Source: Patescibacteria group bacterium
GTDB lineage: Bacteria; Patescibacteriota; Minisyncoccia; Phycocordibacterales; JBBTRF01
Direction: 5' to 3'
Assembly (NCBI GenBank): GCA_038065315.1
Contig: JBBTRF010000002.1
Span: 12,021 to 76,020, forward strand
DNA length: 64,000 nucleotides
Shown here in pieces: positions 59,055-64,000 of the stretch. A program made the translations under genes and the position numbers. Numbering within the stretch: the first letter of the stretch is position 1; every line of letters begins with the position of its first letter. Below the pieces are notes generated by a model. That model ran no database searches, was not told the DNA's origin, and was given only the letters and a program-made list of their open reading frames with translations.

Positions 59055-60047
59055 ATGCCCAAGACCACGAGAAAAATTTCCGCTCTCATTTTTCTCCCGC
59101 TCATTGCGACCGCGGTCTTCTTTTCCGTGCCGTTTTTGGCAGAGGCCGCCGTTTCGCCGTTTCAGATCAGTGCGGTCAATGTTGAGCCTGTTGGGGACTT
59201 CGTGCTCGAGCCGGGGAAGATCGACGTGTATCTCGAGCCGGGGGAGACGGTGACACGCACGATTTTTGTCACCAATCGCAATCCACGCAAGATCAATTTT
59301 AGGATCGAGACCGAGGATATTGAAGGAAATCGCGATCCGATCAATCCTGTGACATTGCTTGGCGAAGCTAAAGGTCCGTATCCATTCAAAGATGCGTTGT
59401 TGCCGGCGGTTACGGAATTCGAGCTCGATTTCGGACAGAAGATCGCTATTCCGATCCAGATCAAGATCCCGCTCAACGCTTCTCCAGGCGGCCACTACGC
59501 GGCGGTAATCATTTCCAACGCGCCGAGCAAATTGCAAAAGGATGTTGGCGGTGCGCGTGTCATCTCTCGGCTCGGCGCCTTGTTCTTTGTGCGCGTGAAG
59601 GGCGAAGTGAAAGAAGAAGGGCAGTTGAAGGAAGTGCGTATTGCCGGACCCCAGCAGCTGTTTTATGAAAAAGGCCCTTCAACATTTGAAGTCTTGTTTG
59701 AAAATACCGGTACGGTGCACCTTGTGCCATATGGACGTCTGCGCGTCACCAACCTCTTCGGAGAAACCATCAGTGAAGTGCCGGTCGATGCATATTTTTC
59801 TCTGCCGAGTTCGCTCCGCTATCGTGAGGTGGAATGGCAGCCGGGTTTTCTGCTCGGCAGATATACGGCGAGTGTGGAGCTCTATCGCGGATACAAAAAC
59901 TCCAATGACATCAGCGATACCCAAACCGTTTCATTTTGGGTGATTCCGAAAATGTTACTGCTAGAAATATTCATTGTACTTCTTTTGATTGTCCTGGCGA
60001 TTCGCTACGTTGTCACTCATTTTGAATTCCGAAAACGCAAGGAATAA
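59055..60047 (+). CDS. DUF916/DUF3324-like cell-surface protein with C-terminal TM anchor (CscA-like)
   Basis: signal peptide, beta-rich ectodomain, C-terminal LLLEIFIVLLLIVLAI TM + RKRKE stop-transfer; sits between two WxL-like genes as in Csc loci. Confidence 0.45.
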   Translation: MPKTTRKISALIFLPLIATAVFFSVPFLAEAAVSPFQISAVNVEPVGDFVLEPGKIDVYLEPGETVTRTIFVTNRNPRKINFRIETEDIEGNRDPINPVTLLGEAKGPYPFKDALLPAVTEFELDFGQKIAIPIQIKIPLNASPGGHYAAVIISNAPSKLQKDVGGARVISRLGALFFVRVKGEVKEEGQLKEVRIAGPQQLFYEKGPSTFEVLFENTGTVHLVPYGRLRVTNLFGETISEVPVDAYFSLPSSLRYREVEWQPGFLLGRYTASVELYRGYKNSNDISDTQTVSFWVIPKMLLLEIFIVLLLIVLAIRYVVTHFEFRKRKE

Positions 60048-60057
60048 TAAGGCTTTT

Positions 60058-60813
60058 ATGAGGAATATCACTATTCTCATCCTTAGCATCGGCACGATTT
60101 TTTCCGCACTGCCGGCGAATGTTTTTTCCGCCGTAATGAGTAGCGGTAATTATCAGATCGAGCGCGACTCACTGAATATTGGCGGACTGGATTCGCAAAG
60201 TGCAAGCTACGCTAGTCAAGACACGATCGGCGAGGTGGGGAGTGGGCGTTCCTCGAGTGCCTCCTATGCCGTGAATGGTGGATACCAACAAATGGCCGAC
60301 TCCAGCATCTCGATCACTAGTCCGTCCGATGTCACGATGGAGGCCGTGAGCGGCTTCAGTGGCGGTACGAGTAATGGGTCAACGACGTGGCGGGTGACGA
60401 CAGACAATTCGACAGGATATTCGCTTTCCGTGCGGTCCGCGGCATCACCGGCCATGGTCGGGCAGCTGAATGGTAGTTTTATTCCGAATTATACCCCCGC
60501 GACCTCAGATCCGGACTTTGCTTTCTCTGTAGGCTCGAGCGCTTCGGTGTTTGCATACACCCCAGAAGGGACACATGTGGTACAGAGATTTTTAGACAAC
60601 GGTTCGGCTTGCAACACAGGGAGCGGCACGACGGCCGATGCCTGTTGGGATGCCTTCAGCACGAGCAATGTGCAAGTGGCGAGCAGTGCGTCTGCCAATA
60701 CGCCATCCGGGACTGATACGACGATCAAATACCGTGTCGGTATCGGTGCTTCGCGCTTCCAAGACTCCGGCGTGTATGAGGCGACTATCATCGTGACGGC
60801 AACGACGTTATAA
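60058..60813 (+). CDS. WxL-domain-like secreted surface protein (paralog)
   Basis: signal peptide; TTWRVTTDNSTGYSLSVRSA and C-terminal ...ATIIVTATTL parallel the 58366 protein. Confidence 0.45.
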   Translation: MRNITILILSIGTIFSALPANVFSAVMSSGNYQIERDSLNIGGLDSQSASYASQDTIGEVGSGRSSSASYAVNGGYQQMADSSISITSPSDVTMEAVSGFSGGTSNGSTTWRVTTDNSTGYSLSVRSAASPAMVGQLNGSFIPNYTPATSDPDFAFSVGSSASVFAYTPEGTHVVQRFLDNGSACNTGSGTTADACWDAFSTSNVQVASSASANTPSGTDTTIKYRVGIGASRFQDSGVYEATIIVTATTL

Positions 60814-60814
60814 T

Positions 60815-62290
60815 ATGACAATGACACAGTCCGTGTTTTCCGACTTCGGCTTGCGCCACGTTGCTTTCGCGAGCGTGCTTGTTTTTGTGATCTCTTGCAA
60901 GGTACTTGCGGCGACTGCCGCTGATTCCGTGCAGGTTCAATTGCTGGTCGACAACGGTACGTCGACAAGCACCACCACTTCAGATACCGCTACGTCGTCC
61001 TCGTCCTCATCTTCGGCGAGTTCTTTTTTCGCCAACGGCATGCCGAACGGACCGCTCTCGCCGGCGGTAAACCAAAGCGAATTACCGTCGCTGCTCGATG
61101 GGAATGTGCTGGTCTCTGCCGGACAATCGCCAAATACGCGCACAGTATTCCAATGGAAAACATCCGCGCCGACGTCAGCGGTATTTGAGTGGGGCGAGAC
61201 CGCTTTTTATGAAATGGGGAGGGTGAGTTTGCCCATAAATATGGCTCAGAATAAGGATAATTTTGGGTATCTGTACCAAGAAGCCGTGCCGGGTTTTGTG
61301 CCAGGAAAAACGTACTTATACCGCCTGACGGTGCGGGATGAAAATGGGCGAGTGTCCGGGTATCAGGGCACCTATGCGGTGCCTGTCGAGCCGGAACGTA
61401 TCTTGCCGGAAAATGTTTCGGCCGTGGTTCTTAAGCCGGTGTCGACGCCGACTGAAAGACAAATTCTCATCCAATGGGAAAATCCTGATGCAGAAGATTT
61501 TTCCGAAGTGCGTGTAGTGCGATCGCCATTCGGTTTTCCGAAAGATCCGCTCGACGGTCGAGTAGTGTATGAAGGTGGGGCGGAAAATGTCACCGATGCA
61601 TTTGCGGTTGGAGATGTCAGTGAATATTTTTATACGATTTTCGCGAAACGAAAAGATGGGACGTATTCGTCCGGCGCCGTCGCGACGACACGCGGTTTGT
61701 TTGGCGGTGCGACAGCGCCGGACAGGCCGAGTCGCTCTGCACAATCAGTGGCTGATCTAGCGGCGCTCGCCGCCGCTGATTTTTCGGTGACGCTGTATGA
61801 CGCCAACGGCGGCGAGCTCGTCCACAGGCTCTCCGAGACCGGTCTTGTTGTGGTGGCGGGGGAGAGGATTACCATTTCCGCACCGTATGAGAAATTCCCC
61901 GAAGTCCTGAAGACCATTTTGGTGCATATCACGCCGTCGAGATCGGCCCCGGAAGCTATTCCGAATGCTGCCGGTCCGGCTAACAGCACCATGAGTTTTC
62001 TCCTCAGTGTCAATGCGGCAAGTACGGCTTATGAAGCGACTTTTTTGGCGCCGAGTGAAAGCGGCAGTCACGATGTCGAGGTAAAAATTCTTGACTATCA
62101 CTCTGATATATTACGAAATATCACCGCACAAGACGCCTTGAACGTGAAAAAGCCGGAAACGAATTTACGAAATGTCCTGAAAAATGCAAAAAGTCAATTT
62201 AAAAGTGTGGAAAAACCCTTAGTATTAGCCATTTTTATCACCCTGATTCTCCTGACCCTTGCGCTCCGCAAAATAGTGAGGTTTTTTTAG
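60815..62290 (+). CDS. secreted Ser/Thr-rich surface protein with FN3/PAP-N-like beta domains and C-terminal TM anchor
   Basis: 491 aa, signal peptide, poly-Ser stretch, C-terminal LVLAIFITLILLTLAL. Confidence 0.4.
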   Translation: MTMTQSVFSDFGLRHVAFASVLVFVISCKVLAATAADSVQVQLLVDNGTSTSTTTSDTATSSSSSSSASSFFANGMPNGPLSPAVNQSELPSLLDGNVLVSAGQSPNTRTVFQWKTSAPTSAVFEWGETAFYEMGRVSLPINMAQNKDNFGYLYQEAVPGFVPGKTYLYRLTVRDENGRVSGYQGTYAVPVEPERILPENVSAVVLKPVSTPTERQILIQWENPDAEDFSEVRVVRSPFGFPKDPLDGRVVYEGGAENVTDAFAVGDVSEYFYTIFAKRKDGTYSSGAVATTRGLFGGATAPDRPSRSAQSVADLAALAAADFSVTLYDANGGELVHRLSETGLVVVAGERITISAPYEKFPEVLKTILVHITPSRSAPEAIPNAAGPANSTMSFLLSVNAASTAYEATFLAPSESGSHDVEVKILDYHSDILRNITAQDALNVKKPETNLRNVLKNAKSQFKSVEKPLVLAIFITLILLTLALRKIVRFF

Positions 62291-62372
62291 AAAACAGCCA
62301 TAATAATCCACAGTCTGAATCGGCAAAATACTGCTAAAATAAAGGCTAATCGGGCGGAAACGACGATTCGCA

Positions 62373-64000
62373 ATGAAGCGTGTTTTTCACACAATTTCTG
62401 CTGTTGCAAAAAAAGCTTTCACGCTCTTTTTCCTACTCAATTTTGTCTTCTCGCCGACCTTCGAAAATATCCTCCTCAGCTCGAATCTCAGCGCTCCTTT
62501 GGCGGCCCGCATCGCTGAAGCCGCCTTCAACCAGCAGATCAACTACCAAGGCAAGCTCACCGACACATCCAACGTGTCTGTGTCAAACGGTTCGTACAAT
62601 ATCGAGTTCAAGTTGTACACGGCGCTCACTGGCGGCACGGCGATCTGGACCGAGACCTGGTGTAAGGGTACTTCGTGTTCCGGTACTGGTACGGACAGCC
62701 GTATCACCGTCACGAGCGGCCTGTTCAGCACCATGCTCGGCAGCACCACAGCACTCACCAGTGTCGACTTCAATCAGCCGCTCTACCTCAGCATCAACAT
62801 CGGCGGTTCCGCGAGCACTCCGACCTGGGACGGTGAAATGTCGCCGCGAAAAATTCTCGGTGCCGTGCCAGCCGCTTTCCAGGCCAAGCAACTCAACGGC
62901 TTGAACGACACGCAATTCCTCCGCACCGACGCAAACAACTCCACCTCCACCGCGAGTGCGTTCATCACCCTCACGCAGTCGGGCGCCGGCAATATTTTGA
63001 ATCTCGTCGGACAAAGCTCCGCGAGCGTCTTCACAGCGCTCTCGAGTGGCAACGTCGGCATCGGCACCACTTCTCCCGGCCAGAAATTGAGCGTGGCGGG
63101 TGACATTTTGGGGAACAATATTATCGGGAGTTATTTCACCGGCACCTCAACAACAGCCTCGACTCTCGCAGGCGCCTTCACCTCGTCTGGTATTGTCACT
63201 GGCTCTGCACTCGTCGCAAGCTCTGCTTCGGCAACCTCGACTTTTGCCGGTGGACTTGCGATCGAGACTTCGGGACTTGTCTATGACTACTCGACGAACA
63301 ATGTGGGTATCGGGACGGCGAGTCCAGGGTATAAGCTTGATATAAGTGGAACCACCCATATTACCGGAGATGTTACTCTTGATTCTCGCCTTATGATGCC
63401 AGGGGCGGCCGCAACCTTACCAGCTAACTCAATCGGTCTTCAAGATGGAGCGGGTCTTTACAGTAAATACAATGGTGGCTCCTCTCCTCTTTTGATAGCT
63501 GGGTATTCCAGTAACATTCTCCAAATTGGAGAAAGTGGTTATCAAATAAATTCCCCAGGCTCTTCGTTCACACTTACTGGTAGTTTTGCTTCAGGAGCTG
63601 GAAATGATAATGATGCAGCGTATGGAATGGGAGCAGGAAATGACGGTATGTATTTACCTACCACTAACGAAATAGGATTCACAACCCAGAATACAGAAAA
63701 AGTGAGAATTACCGCCGCAGGCAACGTCGGCATCGGCACCACTTCTCCCGGCCAAAAGTTGAGCGTCGCCGGAGACATTTTGGGGAACAATATTATCGGG
63801 AGTTATTTTACGGCGACTTCCACGACCGCCACCTCAAACATCGCAGGCCTCCTCACCGTCACTGGCCTCACCACACTTGGCAACGCTTCCACAACCCAGA
63901 TTGGCTCGACGGGAAATGCATATTTTGCAACGGGTGGTTCTGGGGCAGTGGGAATTGGGACGACGACTAATTTCAGTAGCTTCAAGTTGCTTGTCAAAGC
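62373..64000 (+). CDS. large secreted tail-fibre-repeat protein (GIGTTSPGxKLxVAG repeats), 3'-truncated by window edge
   Basis: own translation from ATG 62373 gives open frame to 64000 (not in ORF track because unterminated); signal peptide; repeated NVGIGTTSPGQKLSVAGDILGNNIIGSYFT units. Confidence 0.5.
   Translation, partial: MKRVFHTISAVAKKAFTLFFLLNFVFSPTFENILLSSNLSAPLAARIAEAAFNQQINYQGKLTDTSNVSVSNGSYNIEFKLYTALTGGTAIWTETWCKGTSCSGTGTDSRITVTSGLFSTMLGSTTALTSVDFNQPLYLSINIGGSASTPTWDGEMSPRKILGAVPAAFQAKQLNGLNDTQFLRTDANNSTSTASAFITLTQSGAGNILNLVGQSSASVFTALSSGNVGIGTTSPGQKLSVAGDILGNNIIGSYFTGTSTTASTLAGAFTSSGIVTGSALVASSASATSTFAGGLAIETSGLVYDYSTNNVGIGTASPGYKLDISGTTHITGDVTLDSRLMMPGAAATLPANSIGLQDGAGLYSKYNGGSSPLLIAGYSSNILQIGESGYQINSPGSSFTLTGSFASGAGNDNDAAYGMGAGNDGMYLPTTNEIGFTTQNTEKVRITAAGNVGIGTTSPGQKLSVAGDILGNNIIGSYFTATSTTATSNIAGLLTVTGLTTLGNASTTQIGSTGNAYFATGGSGAVGIGTTTNFSSFKLLVK

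Noticed and set aside
62380-63118. ORFs 62380-62904 (+), 62583-63014 (-), 62783-63118 (-), 63542-63790 (-)
   Set aside because: All overlap the long unterminated + frame from 62373 encoding the tail-fibre-repeat protein; compositions are S/R/P-rich junk

Overview
This 64 kb window reads as a gene-dense bacterial chromosome segment at roughly mid-50s % GC by eye, with several visibly GC-richer islands.

The gene content suggests a small-genome, possibly Patescibacteria/CPR-like organism, but that is inference only. Supporting content includes many glycosyltransferases with no nucleotide-sugar synthesis genes, a lamin-tail-domain surface protein, an O-antigen-ligase-TPR fusion, TrmB- and HTH-type regulators, WxL/DUF916-like surface proteins and a tail-fibre-repeat giant protein.

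Clear housekeeping genes are mraY, murB, secA, a cardiolipin-synthase-like PLD gene, eno, gpmI, obg and gatB. An AI-2E transporter, a MYG1-family protein and a Fic protein are also present. No rRNA, tRNA, CRISPR array, transposase or integrase was found.

The dominant feature (about 8.2-34.1 kb) is a large ABC-transporter-dependent (Wzm/Wzt) glycan-assembly cluster:
- at least six glycosyltransferase (GT) domains of families 4, 2, 11 and GT-C, including a GT4-GT2 fusion and a GT2-methyltransferase fusion
- four to five SAM methyltransferases
- GtrA, AsnB and a zinc alcohol dehydrogenase
- a PDH-E1 alpha/beta pair with no E2/E3, which may be a two-carbon sugar-branching module
- a GC-rich endonuclease/exonuclease/phosphatase (EEP) gene with a strong promoter, apparently inserted into the cluster.

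The most unusual locus is at 44.25-44.85 kb. A consensus sigma70 promoter is positioned to fire exactly at the start of a roughly 170 nt RNA. That RNA is built from two 53/54-identical 54-nt structured repeats and ends in its own intrinsic terminator. It lies tail-to-tail with an orphan MazF/PemK-fold toxin gene that has no protein antitoxin partner. This may be an RNA-antitoxin (type III-like) or antisense arrangement.

Other candidates:
- a promoter-leader-terminator small RNA or attenuator upstream of murB
- a 0.9 kb protein-poor region carrying terminators
- two GC-rich islands encoding a secreted MBL-fold hydrolase and a novel 361-aa protein
- a Csc-like WxL/DUF916 surface-protein locus
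- a partial giant tail-fibre-repeat protein containing a near-identical internal 100-nt repeat.

All coordinates and family calls come from reading the provided ORF translations and the sequence; no database search was possible.
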